From Octopus vulgaris (taxonomy: Eukaryota): 64,000 nucleotides of DNA. Numbering within the stretch: the stretch's first letter is position 1; each line of letters begins with the position of its first letter. Location of the stretch: NCBI GenBank assembly GCA_951406725.2, contig OX597827.1, positions 69,378,001 through 69,442,000 of the forward strand. The letters run 5' to 3'. The notes below the pieces were generated by a model. That model saw only the letters and a program-made list of their open reading frames with translations. It was not told the origin of the DNA and did no database searches. The position numbers and the translations under genes are program-made. Below, piece after piece: positions 12,437-23,967 of the stretch.

Positions 12437-13235
12437 TGTGTACAGTGCTCAGGTGCACTACAACTCATCTAAAGTGTATATATAATCAGGTGTAGTTTCA
12501 ACGGATTTCGGGAAGCATGAGGGCCTTAAAGGATGCAGTGTCATGGCAGTCAACAACTGATGCAGGCAGTTTATTCCACGCTTCAACAACCCTGAGCGTG
12601 AAAAAATGTTTCCGAAAGTCATGGGAGCTGTGCTGTTTTCTGACTTTGTAGGCATGTCCACGTGTGTTAGACACATGGAGATCAAAAAGGTGTTCAGTGT
12701 TGTTGTTGGTGAGGTGGTTGATAACCTTGTGGGTGTTTACCAAGTCCGTCGCCAGACGCCGGAGCTTCAGAGAATCCATGCCCAGGGAAACAAGGCGCTC
12801 AGAATATGGTAGGTGTCTGATGGAGGGTATGCGTTTGGTTGCACGTCTCTGGACAGATTCCAGGAGGTCAATGTTCTGAGCAAGATAGGGATTCCAAACT
12901 GATGATGCGAATTCCAAGTGTTAGGAACATAAATTGAGACTAAGGTTTGGTGGAAGATTTTAATTCAAAGCTTATGAAAACAAGACATTTGTACTCAGAG
13001 CCAGAACTGGTTTCAGCCAGGTTGGTATCAAAAGGGTTAAGAATTGTTTCTCTGTTATATATTTTAACCCTTTCGTTACCGTATTTCTTTTGAGATGCTC
13101 TGTGTTTCTTTCAATTACTTTAAATATAACAAAGAATTTATAAAATAACTTAGTTATCATTCAGCATAAATTGTGACTAAACTTATGAAAACAAGACATT
13201 TGTACTCAGAGCCAGAGCTGGTTTCAGCTTAAGAA
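12059..13235. mobile_element. Three tandem piggyBac-type MITE copies, the second interrupted by a LINE
   Basis: TTAA-ccctttc...aaaaggg-TTAA termini; reverse copy at ~55514-55735. Confidence 0.75.
12410..12918 (-). mobile_element. CR1-clade LINE 3' fragment
   Basis: LEFASSVWNPY..LESVQRRATK..TRGH..FFTLRVVEAWNKLP; (ATT)n tail. Confidence 0.9.
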
Positions 13236-13880
13236 AAGAAGTCACTTTGCATTCCCATAGTTTTAGATTCAGTCCTGCTGCGCAGTACCTAGGACAAGTG
13301 GTTTCAATTATAGCATCTGGTTGGCCAATGCCTTGTGGTTGGAAGCACCTGTGCTGGTGCCTCATAAAAACGCCCGGTACATTCTGTAAAGTGGTTAGTA
13401 TTAGGAAGGGCATCCAGCTGTAGAAACCATGCCGTATCAGAAAATTAGAGCCTTCTGCAGCTCCTTTGAAGCTGTCCAACCCATGCCAGCATGGAAAGCA
13501 AACGCTAAATAAGGATGATTTATGATGATGATGAAACTGGGAACCTGTCGCACATATATGTATTTGTGCCTCCAACTGCTTGACAACTGATATTGATTTG
13601 TCAATGTCCCCTTAACTTAGTAGTCTACTTAAGAGACCAACAAAATAAGTACCTAACTTAACCCTTTCACCGCAAAAATAAGATATGTTCACTCAAGATT
13701 TCAGGCGCAGGGGTGGCTGTGTGGTAAGTAGCTTGCTTACCAACCACATGGTTCCGGGTTCATTCCCACTGCGTGGTACTTTGGGCAAGTGCCTTCTACT
13801 ATAGTCCCGGGGCAACCAAAGCCTTGTGAGTGGATTTGGTAGATAGAAACTGAAAGAAGCCTGTCGTATATATGTATGTA

Positions 13881-14295
13881 CTAGCAGCATAGCCCAGCGT
13901 TGCCCGGGTATGTAAGAGCCCCTAGTAGGCAACGACTAATCCCAATCTAGTCCTTTCCCTCTAGGGAACGAAGGCGCATGTGTAGGTTGCAATGTCTTCT
14001 CTTCACTCGAATACTTCTGTGTATACGATGTTCCTAGCTGTCCTTTTGGGCAATAAAAAGGTTGAGTTGTGCCCCCTAGACAGAAAATGTGTTGCATATA
14101 AAAAGCTTAGATTCTCGACCCCATGTCGAATTTATCGATTTTTTTCAGAACTGGGGGAACTTTTCAAATTTATCGCTGCATTAGTTTTGAATTATGACAT
14201 TGGGCTATGTGTGTGTCAAGTTTCATCAGAATCGGTTGAAAGCTGTGGTCAGGGTGAGGGTACAACCTGACAGACACACAGACAGACAAACTGCC

Positions 14296-14300
<5 letters not shown>
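13881..14300 (-). mobile_element. Non-autonomous Helitron nested in a SINE
   Basis: Hairpin plus CTAG end at 13881; 5' half homologous to 2657-3030. Confidence 0.75.
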
Positions 14301-14344
<44 letters not shown>

Positions 14345-15406
14345 ATCCAAACAAGAAAGCTCAAAAAAACACAACAACGCAAGGACGTGGAACAAATATA
14401 GTATTATTTAGTATTATATATATATATGTGTGTGTGTGTGTGTATATGTTTGTGTGTCTGTGTTTGTTCCACCTTTAGTCGAGCAAATCAACACCAGGAC
14501 TTATTCTTTGTAAGCCTAGTACTTATTCTATCAGTATCTTTTGCTGAACTGCTAAGTTACGGGGACATAAACACACCAGCATCGGTTGTCAAGCGATGTT
14601 GGGGGGACAGACACACATACATATATATACATATACATGATGGGCTTCTTTCAGTTTCCATCTACCAGATCCACTCACAATGGTTTGGTCGGCCCGAGGC
14701 TATAGTAGAAGACACTTGCCCAAGGTGCCATGCAGTGGGACTGAACCCGGATCCATGTGATTCGTAAGCAAGCTACTTACCACACAGCCACTCCTGCGCC
14801 TCACGTTGCTCCAGTCCACTCAGCTGGCAAAATGGAGTAATCCTGCAACAGGCCGGCATCACATCCAGGGGTGGGGAATTTATACACCATAGAAACCAAG
14901 AAACCGGCCCTTGTGAATCAGCATGGCTTGAGAAGGTAACTGGCAGAAACGTTAGCACGCCAGGTGAAATGCTTAGCGGTATTTCGTCTGCCTCTACGTT
15001 CTGAGTTCAAGTTACGCCGAGGACGACTTTGCCTTTCATCCTTTCGGGGGTCGATTAAGTTAGTACCAGTTACGCACTGGGGTCGATATAATCGACTTAA
15101 TCCGTTTGTCCCCTCTGTGTGTAGCCCCTTGTGGGCAGTAAAAAAAAAAAGGAAATAACTAACTTTACACTATAGTCAAGGACATTTGCCCCAAGGTGCC
15201 ACATGTGGTTCTGGATTAAGTAGGATTGAACCTAGAAGCATGTGGTTCGGAAGCAATCTTCTTACCATGCCACCACATCTGCACTTCAACACAACCACAA
15301 ATAAGTTACCTTTTTTGTTTTTATTTTACTTTACATCTTGTTATTTAATCTGATAGACCCTTAAATCTAATCCCTTTTTTTTTCTTTCTTTTTCTTTTTT
15401 TCACAG

Positions 15407-18400
15407 TTAAACGAAAGCTGTCACCTCTGCTCTGAAACGTTTTCCACGTTGTATGAAATCAACATCCATCGGTGGTCGACGCCCGGAGGCAAGGTCTATC
15501 GTTGCTTGACCTGTTCCAAGATGATCGGTGGTTTGGCGAATCTGTCCGAACACATCGACTCTCATTCACGCCGACGCAGCCTTCGACACAAACGACAGCC
15601 AAAAACAGAAAAGAAGAGAAAAACCAAGAAGGTCTTCCGTTGTGACTTCTGTACAAACACTTTCTCAAATTTGTCCCTAACCATGGAACACCGCCTGAAT
15701 GTGCACACAAACGGCATCTCCAGTTTAACTTGCAACTGTTGTGGGCATGTCTTTCCCGATAGCACTTACCTTGGCAGTCATCTCGCACAGCCACAATGCA
15801 CTTCTGATTCGGAGCAAACTGATACAGCCTCAACATGTATGGAAGAAGACGAGTGTAATAAATCCAACAAAGATAATCCTAATCCCACGCCAAAGCCGTT
15901 TGATGCTGCGTCGCCGTTAAACACAATGAGTAGTACTGATGTATCATCTGAACTGAAAAATCATGTCACAGCAGAAAAAGAGAAGGGTGTCTCTTTCTCT
16001 GCCGATAGTCAGCGGTCAGAAGGCATGTATCAATGTGAGGCGTGTCGCTTTACTTTCAACCTAGGCCAGTGCCATGTGACAGAGTCAGATCAAGTGATCT
16101 GTCCAAGTTGTGACTGTATTTTGGAGACTGTTGCTTCTGAACTGAGAGCTAATAGACTGGACTCTGGAATGGATAAAGCTGGCACAAAGGACTCGTTTAG
16201 ACCAATGTTGGACGGTTTGGTGCTGTCCCATCAAATGCCCGATGTTGCTGTTCAAGCGGAAGGTTACGATGTCGTAAAACAGCACCAGGAATGCCTCAGT
16301 CAAAGTGTTGAGATTAGTGATGTGGATTCGGAAAACGAGGACGTTACCGTTCTTCGGTGCGAAGGGCTTAATACCAACAACGGGATGTGTGTTGCTAGTT
16401 ATAAGCATAAGGATGTTGACGAGGAGGAGGGAGATGATGAGGATGACGGCGATGATGAGGATGGTGGTGGTAGGGATGATGGTGGTAGTGGTGATGATGA
16501 TGATGACGACGACGATGATGATGATTGTGCTGTTGTTGAGGTAACGATTCCAGACGTGAAGAAATGCAATGATAACAAACCCACCATGAGTGCTGCGGTA
16601 ATTAACATCGATGTGGTGTCTGACGAGGAAAACACAAACGTGACCATTGTCGATGCCAAACAGACTGAAGGTGCATCCAAGAAAACCGGACGGGTTGGTT
16701 TTAAGACGAAAACAAAGACCAGCGGGATAACAAAGTCGACTCTGAAAAAGACAATTGGTGCCAAACTGGCTAAAAAATTAAAAATTTCAAGTAAAATGGA
16801 TCCAACTATCAAGGAAGATGGTCAGTCGACAGAGAAGAAGATTTTCCAGTGTGACGTGTGCCACTTGACTTTTGGGTCTGTAACTTGGATTATGCGCCAT
16901 CGTAAAAATCATGCCGAAGTGTCTTTCACATGCCAGAACTGCAAACATGTTTTCTCTCGGTCTTGCGAACTTGGTCATCATTTATCTAAGTGCCATTCCG
17001 GTAAACCTGCTGTGGTAGTAGTAGCAGATAAAGTACCAAAGAAAGTACCGAAACCCGAGGGAAGCAGTAAAGGTCAAGGGAAAATCTACACTTGTGATTT
17101 CTGCTTTCTCTCTTTTGCTTCGGTGTCGTGGGTTATGCGTCATCGCCGAGAACACTCAAGAAATATTTCAAGTTACGAGTGTCAAGTTTGCAGTAAAGTA
17201 TATGAAAAATCTTCAGAATTTGGCCGACATTTATCCGTCTGTACCATTTTGAAGTCCAAACAGCTGAAATCTGCTGAAACAAAGCCAGATGTAAGTCTAC
17301 CTAAGAAAGAAAGTCCAAAGAAAAGGCTTTCAACTGAAGAAACTCCATGCACACAAGATTCCTCTGTGAGTGACACCACCGCAAAGAAAAGCTCCAGTGA
17401 GCAGGAAAGAAAGTTCAAATGTGATTATTGCTGGCAGTTGTTTGCGTCAGCACGTTGGGTGATTCGTCATCGCAAAATTCATTCTTCCGATCCCGTCTGC
17501 CAGTTTTGTTTCAAACCCTTCGAAAAATCTGTTGAGCTTGGTAAACATCTAGGGACTGATTGTACGAACAAGAGAAAACTCGACAATGTTCCAGATACTA
17601 CAACTAGCGCGTGCGAAAGTGATAACGCCCCAGATGATGTCACCATATGTGAAAACGATAACACTCCGGATACAACCCTGTGTGATAGCGATAACGGTGC
17701 CGATGATGTGACTTTATACGAGAAGGATAACACATCGGAAATTGCAATTGTGTGTGAGAGTGATAATGTTACAGACGATGTGATTTTATGTGAAAATGAT
17801 GATGATAATAATAATAATAATAATAGTAACAAGGACAATGCTCCAGATGTGGCAACATTATGTAATTCGATAGAATCCATAGCCGACTCTGATGAAAGCA
17901 GTGCGACTATTAAAACAGATATGACAAATGTGACCACCACCCCTACCAACACCAATACCAATCTCACAGCAACAACAACAATAGCGATTAACGATAATCA
18001 AACAGTAACGACAGGTGAAAACAAGCAGGTGTGGGAAAGCAATTTCCACTGTGACTACTGCCCCCAAAGCTTCGCAAATGCTCGTTGGGTCATACGCCAT
18101 CGCAAACAGCATTTCACCGAAGAGAACCTCACTTGTCAGCGCTGTCGTGGGCAGTTTTCTCGGTCTGCTGACCTTGGTAAGCATCTAGCTGTTTGTCCCC
18201 AGATCAGCTCTACGCAGATGTTCGCAGAATCGGCCGCGGCAGCAGCAGCAGCGTCTTACAGCCACAAGCCAAACTCGCCCGAGGCATTCATCCGAGACGA
18301 TGAAAACACATCGGTTTTCTCTTGCGACCTTTGTGGTCAGACTTACGCCAGTGCCCGATGGGTTATGCGGCACCGACGGAGCCACTCCAACGGCGATTCT

Positions 18401-21400
18401 TACATTTGCCAAAACTGTCACCAAGTCTTCGCAAGATCGGTCGAGATCAGTAAACACCTTGGCTCATGCCACCTTCCGACGGAACCCCACTCTTTGATGA
18501 TGAATGCGTCATCATCGATGGCAATGAAAAATTTTGAACAGAACAGTACTTTAAACCAAATTCCAAATGTGACCTCAACCGTAACAACTTCAGCTCCAAT
18601 TGTTTCTGATACCGATCCCACGTTATGGCAAAAATCGGTCATAGTTTTAGGGAACCCCATTCACGCAAACACTGAAGTGCCTCAGAGTGAAGTTATTTAC
18701 GAAAATCAACAGAAAGGAAAGAAGTCTTTCATTGGTGCAAAAACAGAAAATTCTTTGAATCTGGTCAAACGCAGTGAAAGCCACCTGCAGGACGATGTCA
18801 AAATCTTCCACAATCAAAATACAGACAGCAGCAGTCACATTGGGGGTACATCTGAAACAGCAGCAGTGGTATACACAACCACTCCTAGTACAAGTGCCCT
18901 CACTGTCTCTTCCCCTGCTGGCTTCAACAATGAAGTAGCAAGGACCATCAACAAGGATACCAGAACTGTTCACAATATGTCAAATGACAAACCCCGCCGT
19001 CAAGCTTGTTCTCCACTTCCTTCTCTTTCTCTTTCTCCTCCCACCTTTCCTCCACTTCCTTCTCTTCCTTCTTCAGTTCCTCCTCCACCTCCATGTATAC
19101 CTCCTCCTTCCCTTCCATCATCTTCTTTACCTTCTCCTCCTCCTCCTACTACTACATTTGCCCCTCCCCTTGTATCGCAGCAACTAACTGCTCGTGTACT
19201 GCAGTGTGACTTCTGTCCCGAAACATTTCTGCTCCCGTCGATCTTGCTGCAGCATCGGAAGTCTCATCCGGACGGGTCTCTGCCTTATCAGTGTCCTGAC
19301 TGCGCAAGCATTTTAGAAAACCAATACGAATTGGCCGGTCATTTGCAGGACTGTCCCCAGAAAAGTTCTCAACCTTATGACTATTCACTTTCAGGAAATG
19401 CTCTCGAAGACCCCTGTTTGCTGAAGAAAGAGAAAGGAACGGCTAAATTTTCAGAGTGTCTGAAAGAAACTAGTCCAAAGGAAAGGAAAGAGTCTTGGAA
19501 TGCAAAACCATCACTAACCATTAACAACAGTACTTTGATTAAACCTTCATCATCACCCACTAAAATGCCTCTTAATACTATAGCTTCCAAGGATAGTTAC
19601 AAGTGTGACTATTGCTCTGAAGGTTTCCCAAATGCCAGTTCGTTGCTTAGACATCGGTGTCGGCACACAATGTCGATGAACTGCCGTAGATGTGGAAAGT
19701 TGTTCATTAATTTAAACGATTTGGCGGTGCATTTCTCACATCCTTGTAGCCCAACGAAAAAACATAGTCTTCCCGCCTCGTTTGAAACGAAACAATATCG
19801 TTGCGATTTCTGCCAGAAGGAATATGGTGGGAGTAATTGGATAATGCGTCACCGTAGGTTCCATACTTCGGAGAAGAAATACTTGTGCAGGATATGTGGA
19901 TACGTGGCAAGCACCCCTGGAAACATGGCCAAACATCTCAGCCACTGTCCATGGGTTAATTGCAAGACTAGCAACAATACCAAACATTTGTACCCTTTGC
20001 CCGGTCACAGAGAACTGCTACCGAAGCCACAGCAATTCAAACAGGAACCCAACATATTTAAAAATCCTTTAGATCTGTTTCGCTGCACATTTTGCAACGA
20101 AGCGTTTGCAACGGAATCTCAAATGATACAACACCAGTACGTGCATATGGAGATTAATTCTTCGAGCTCCATGCAATTTAATGTATCAATGAAACCACTG
20201 AACTTGTCTGTTAAGAAGCCAAGTAGCAGCATCTCCAGTAGTGCAAATGCCGAAATGATAGCAAAGGAAGATGCTGAAGAAGAACCACTGAGCAAACCTT
20301 CTGCTGACACTCCGAAAGACACATCTGCAGATGATGGCAGCTCTGTTAACAATGTTAACGAACCTAGCAAACCTGTGGCTTCTTCTGTAATGAAACAGTG
20401 GAACCAACCAGTAAATTCTAAAATATTTCACTGTGATTTCTGCGGACAAGCATTCGCTAGTAACAACTGGGTTATGCGACATCGGCGGTTGCACACCAAA
20501 GAGTCACGTTACACTTGTCGCAACTGCGGAGACTGTTTTGATATATCGCACGAAATGGCCGTTCATTTGATTGTGTGTAAACATACCTCGACGAAAGGAA
20601 ACTCAGAGTTGCCAAACCGTTCTAATTCGAACCAGGAAAATTCCAATCAAAGCCCCAATCAACAACACCAGAGCAAAGAAATTGGATTTCTTATGAATAA
20701 CAAAATGACAGACTCATCAACAATAGAAAACCACCAGGAGAATAAAATTATTTACACTTGTGATTTCTGCGGCAAAGACTTTGGCAGCAATAACTGGATT
20801 ATACGTCACAGAAAGCTGCACACACAAGAGACGATATTTGAATGCCGTGTCTGTGGGGAGGGCTTCGTGCACTCTCACCAAATTGCATCACACTTAACAA
20901 GTTGCAGACGCCCAACAAAGAAAGATTACAAATTAGCGAAGAGGGCGCTGATGAATTCTGAAGCTTTGGCCTCTTCTAAGCTGCGTTCCACTGGACGGTC
21001 GGCCGATTGTAAGCGTTTTCTAAATACATTTCCACTTTGTGATTTTTGTGGTTTACATTTTCCCAGCAGGCAACTGACTGTTGTGGAGGAGGGGAAGAAA
21101 AAGTGTCGGTTATGCATTCAACAAATACATCGTCCTTGGAAGATAAACCAACGGAAAGACAGCATTCCTAACAGCTGTAATAAAGACACTGGACACTCTC
21201 AGAGTGAAGAATCAAAACAACATTTAAAATTACATACGTATGATAATGTGGCTGCTAAAAGCCAACTTCACCTTTTGCCTTCTTTAAATCAACTAAATAA
21301 CACATCAGAGACTGAAAGTACCAGTCTTCCGTCCAGTAGAGTGCCAAGCAGCAGTGGCAAGCCATCTGATTTCAGTTCCTTCTCTTCCACTGTCTCGTCA

Positions 21401-23533
21401 ATGCAACTAGCCAACGAAAAGCGGAAGAGTTCATTGGACTATCAAAGTTATTTTAACCAATCAAATGAAGAGGTGTTGCTTACACAGCCTAACAAAAAAT
21501 GTAAGTTGATGGTAGGGGAAAGTTCCGGAAATTTATTGGCTTCCTCAGATTCTGGAAATCAGCAGAATATCTACAATGAAAATAAGCATCAATTAAAAGC
21601 CAATTTGTCATCTACTGAAGAATATAGTGCACCATTATTACCAAAGACTCCTCTTCAGGCAGAAACTTCTCTCTCTGATTGTCCCTCAATAAAGAATAAT
21701 ACAGATTATCTTGAAAAATGTCAGAACGACTCACCTCTCCAAACAAACTTTGGACATTCAGAACGGGAAGAAAATCGTGGGAGAGAAAACGTGTTACCTT
21801 TTAAAGAAGAAATTACGTTTTGTAATTTAGGCCCTTCTCAAAGTGTAGAAAATGCTTTAAAAAGTGACGAGAAAGGCACCGATGCTCACAGCTCTGATGA
21901 CAGTGAATATGGTAGTTCACTGGAGAAGTTTGCAGAAAGCCTCAATTTGATCTGCAAGAAGTCGAAATTCCGGTGTGACTTTTGCGAAGAAGCATTTGCC
22001 GTTGCAGCTCATCTCATAAAACACCGAGTAAAACACATCAGTGACACGAGTCTTTGGTGCCGTAACTGCAGGCGAATTTTGCCAACCTCACAGGATCTAG
22101 CCCAACATCTCAGCTGGTGCCGTTTGCAATCAAAAGACAGCAGTTCTGAAGGATCTCTGAGACAGCATAATTCTGATAAGATGTATAAATGTGACTTCTG
22201 CAGCCAAAGGTTCGGCCATAGCTTACGAGTCATGAAACATCGCAAAGATCACGTACAAGAGGAAGGAATATTTAGGTGCCGCCGATGCGATACAGTTTTT
22301 TACCGGTCTGGTGTGTTTGCTGACCATTTGGCTTCTTGCTGCCTGAGTCGGCGTACGGGTTATGATTCTCCAAGAGCCAATGGTAAAACGGTGACATCAC
22401 CTCCGATGATAATCAGAAACGGCACAGCACATTCCTGGCGTCGGTTTGTCTTTGCAGACCGACAGAAACTTCAAAGGCTTTTTCACTGTGATTTCTGCCG
22501 AAAGACATTTGCAGGTAGCAATTGGATTATGCGTCACCGAAGAGGCCATACTAATGAGATGCCCTATAAATGCCGCTTGTGTTCAGCTGTTTTCATCCAA
22601 CCGGGTTGTATGGCCGAACACTTGCTCACATGTGTCGCAAGTGGTAGTGCCTCAGTGTCTGGACTGAGTAGTGGAGAAAACTACACCAGTGGAAAGAGTT
22701 TAAGTGATTCTAGTCCAAAATTTGTTCCTCCAAACAAGAACCAAACAAAGGGTTTATTCAGATGTGATTTTTGTGGCAGGAAATTCCCTTCTATCAAGGA
22801 AGGGCTGCTACACCGTCAGTGCCACAATGAGTCTTTTACGGCAACCTTACACTGCAGATGTTGTAGAAAAGTCTGCGAATCTCTGAATGACTTAGGAATC
22901 CATTTAACTCACTGTTCTCTATGTAAAGATAAACCGAATATGCTCCTCCACGACTCCCTTCCTGCTAACAAAACCCCAAAGTTAAAAATACCGAATGTCT
23001 TGCAGAGGCAACAACAGAGGGTTGGAGATCCTGTCAACAAACGTTGTGCCGTGTTTGCCTGTGACATTTGTGGCAAGCCATTTCTTGGTGTACCTTTGTT
23101 GTTGGAGCACCGCCAAAGCCATGCGAAAGAAATTGACATCCACAAATGTTACAACTGCAGAGAAAAACTCGAATGCCCAATGTCCGAACACCTGCTTGTA
23201 TGCAATTCTTCACGGACTTACCGAAACAGAGACACCAACAACAACAACAACAAACATTCCAAGAAGAAATCACCAGCGAAACACAACCATTTGAAAAAGT
23301 ACGCGGAACAGCACTCAGCTGTTCGACCGAGTAGTAGTAGCAGTAGTAGTAATAGCAAAGTGGATATGGTCTCGGAGACCCAAGACCAGCTGTCTGGAGC
23401 CGAGGACAATTCTTCAGAGACAGATGATGGCTCCAACACCAAGTTCACGTTTGAATGCTGTGGCCTTACATTTCAGACAGTAGATGACTTCACCAATCAC
23501 ATTAAATGCCATCAAAGATGGCCTCGTTTCTAA
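15407..23533 (+). CDS. 8.1-kb terminal coding exon of ~2850-aa multi-zinc-finger protein (C2H2 + C2HC pairs)
   Basis: Acceptor tttttcacag|TTA is in frame with the 2694-aa ORF. Repeated CD[FY]C-x12-HRxxH followed by CxxC-x12-HLxxC; acidic, Pro-rich and Ser/Thr-rich linkers. Confidence 0.95.
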   Translation, partial: LNESCHLCSETFSTLYEINIHRWSTPGGKVYRCLTCSKMIGGLANLSEHIDSHSRRRSLRHKRQPKTEKKRKTKKVFRCDFCTNTFSNLSLTMEHRLNVHTNGISSLTCNCCGHVFPDSTYLGSHLAQPQCTSDSEQTDTASTCMEEDECNKSNKDNPNPTPKPFDAASPLNTMSSTDVSSELKNHVTAEKEKGVSFSADSQRSEGMYQCEACRFTFNLGQCHVTESDQVICPSCDCILETVASELRANRLDSGMDKAGTKDSFRPMLDGLVLSHQMPDVAVQAEGYDVVKQHQECLSQSVEISDVDSENEDVTVLRCEGLNTNNGMCVASYKHKDVDEEEGDDEDDGDDEDGGGRDDGGSGDDDDDDDDDDDCAVVEVTIPDVKKCNDNKPTMSAAVINIDVVSDEENTNVTIVDAKQTEGASKKTGRVGFKTKTKTSGITKSTLKKTIGAKLAKKLKISSKMDPTIKEDGQSTEKKIFQCDVCHLTFGSVTWIMRHRKNHAEVSFTCQNCKHVFSRSCELGHHLSKCHSGKPAVVVVADKVPKKVPKPEGSSKGQGKIYTCDFCFLSFASVSWVMRHRREHSRNISSYECQVCSKVYEKSSEFGRHLSVCTILKSKQLKSAETKPDVSLPKKESPKKRLSTEETPCTQDSSVSDTTAKKSSSEQERKFKCDYCWQLFASARWVIRHRKIHSSDPVCQFCFKPFEKSVELGKHLGTDCTNKRKLDNVPDTTTSACESDNAPDDVTICENDNTPDTTLCDSDNGADDVTLYEKDNTSEIAIVCESDNVTDDVILCENDDDNNNNNNSNKDNAPDVATLCNSIESIADSDESSATIKTDMTNVTTTPTNTNTNLTATTTIAINDNQTVTTGENKQVWESNFHCDYCPQSFANARWVIRHRKQHFTEENLTCQRCRGQFSRSADLGKHLAVCPQISSTQMFAESAAAAAAASYSHKPNSPEAFIRDDENTSVFSCDLCGQTYASARWVMRHRRSHSNGDSYICQNCHQVFARSVEISKHLGSCHLPTEPHSLMMNASSSMAMKNFEQNSTLNQIPNVTSTVTTSAPIVSDTDPTLWQKSVIVLGNPIHANTEVPQSEVIYENQQKGKKSFIGAKTENSLNLVKRSESHLQDDVKIFHNQNTDSSSHIGGTSETAAVVYTTTPSTSALTVSSPAGFNNEVARTINKDTRTVHNMSNDKPRRQACSPLPSLSLSPPTFPPLPSLPSSVPPPPPCIPPPSLPSSSLPSPPPPTTTFAPPLVSQQLTARVLQCDFCPETFLLPSILLQHRKSHPDGSLPYQCPDCASILENQYELAGHLQDCPQKSSQPYDYSLSGNALEDPCLLKKEKGTAKFSECLKETSPKERKESWNAKPSLTINNSTLIKPSSSPTKMPLNTIASKDSYKCDYCSEGFPNASSLLRHRCRHTMSMNCRRCGKLFINLNDLAVHFSHPCSPTKKHSLPASFETKQYRCDFCQKEYGGSNWIMRHRRFHTSEKKYLCRICGYVASTPGNMAKHLSHCPWVNCKTSNNTKHLYPLPGHRELLPKPQQFKQEPNIFKNPLDLFRCTFCNEAFATESQMIQHQYVHMEINSSSSMQFNVSMKPLNLSVKKPSSSISSSANAEMIAKEDAEEEPLSKPSADTPKDTSADDGSSVNNVNEPSKPVASSVMKQWNQPVNSKIFHCDFCGQAFASNNWVMRHRRLHTKESRYTCRNCGDCFDISHEMAVHLIVCKHTSTKGNSELPNRSNSNQENSNQSPNQQHQSKEIGFLMNNKMTDSSTIENHQENKIIYTCDFCGKDFGSNNWIIRHRKLHTQETIFECRVCGEGFVHSHQIASHLTSCRRPTKKDYKLAKRALMNSEALASSKLRSTGRSADCKRFLNTFPLCDFCGLHFPSRQLTVVEEGKKKCRLCIQQIHRPWKINQRKDSIPNSCNKDTGHSQSEESKQHLKLHTYDNVAAKSQLHLLPSLNQLNNTSETESTSLPSSRVPSSSGKPSDFSSFSSTVSSMQLANEKRKSSLDYQSYFNQSNEEVLLTQPNKKCKLMVGESSGNLLASSDSGNQQNIYNENKHQLKANLSSTEEYSAPLLPKTPLQAETSLSDCPSIKNNTDYLEKCQNDSPLQTNFGHSEREENRGRENVLPFKEEITFCNLGPSQSVENALKSDEKGTDAHSSDDSEYGSSLEKFAESLNLICKKSKFRCDFCEEAFAVAAHLIKHRVKHISDTSLWCRNCRRILPTSQDLAQHLSWCRLQSKDSSSEGSLRQHNSDKMYKCDFCSQRFGHSLRVMKHRKDHVQEEGIFRCRRCDTVFYRSGVFADHLASCCLSRRTGYDSPRANGKTVTSPPMIIRNGTAHSWRRFVFADRQKLQRLFHCDFCRKTFAGSNWIMRHRRGHTNEMPYKCRLCSAVFIQPGCMAEHLLTCVASGSASVSGLSSGENYTSGKSLSDSSPKFVPPNKNQTKGLFRCDFCGRKFPSIKEGLLHRQCHNESFTATLHCRCCRKVCESLNDLGIHLTHCSLCKDKPNMLLHDSLPANKTPKLKIPNVLQRQQQRVGDPVNKRCAVFACDICGKPFLGVPLLLEHRQSHAKEIDIHKCYNCREKLECPMSEHLLVCNSSRTYRNRDTNNNNNKHSKKKSPAKHNHLKKYAEQHSAVRPSSSSSSSNSKVDMVSETQDQLSGAEDNSSETDDGSNTKFTFECCGLTFQTVDDFTNHIKCHQRWPRF

Positions 23534-23680
23534 TTTCCATTGCATCGCATATGTGTGAGCATGTATGTATGTATGTGTGTGTGTGTGTATATATCTATAT
23601 ATAAAAGATGGAAACTAAAACAAAAATAATGTTGTAATTGGGATGCAGAACTAGAAATACCTCAAATGCTTGATATCATG

Positions 23681-23713
<33 letters not shown>

Positions 23714-23714
23714 G

Positions 23715-23936
23715 CGGTGAGCTAGCAGAATCATTAGCATGCTGGGTGAAATGCTTAGCAGTATTTCATCTGCTGCTACGTTCTGAGTTCAAATTCCACC
23801 AAGGTTGACTTTACCTGTCATCCTTTCGAGGTTGATAAAATAAGTACCAGTTGAGCACTGGGGTTGATGTGATCAACTCATCTCCTCCCCAAAATTGCTG
23901 CCCTTGTGGCAAAATTTGAAACCATTATTATTATCC

Positions 23937-23967
<31 letters not shown>

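Noticed and set aside
15459-23448. Many short antisense and alternate-frame ORFs
   Set aside because: Shadows of the long ZNF exon
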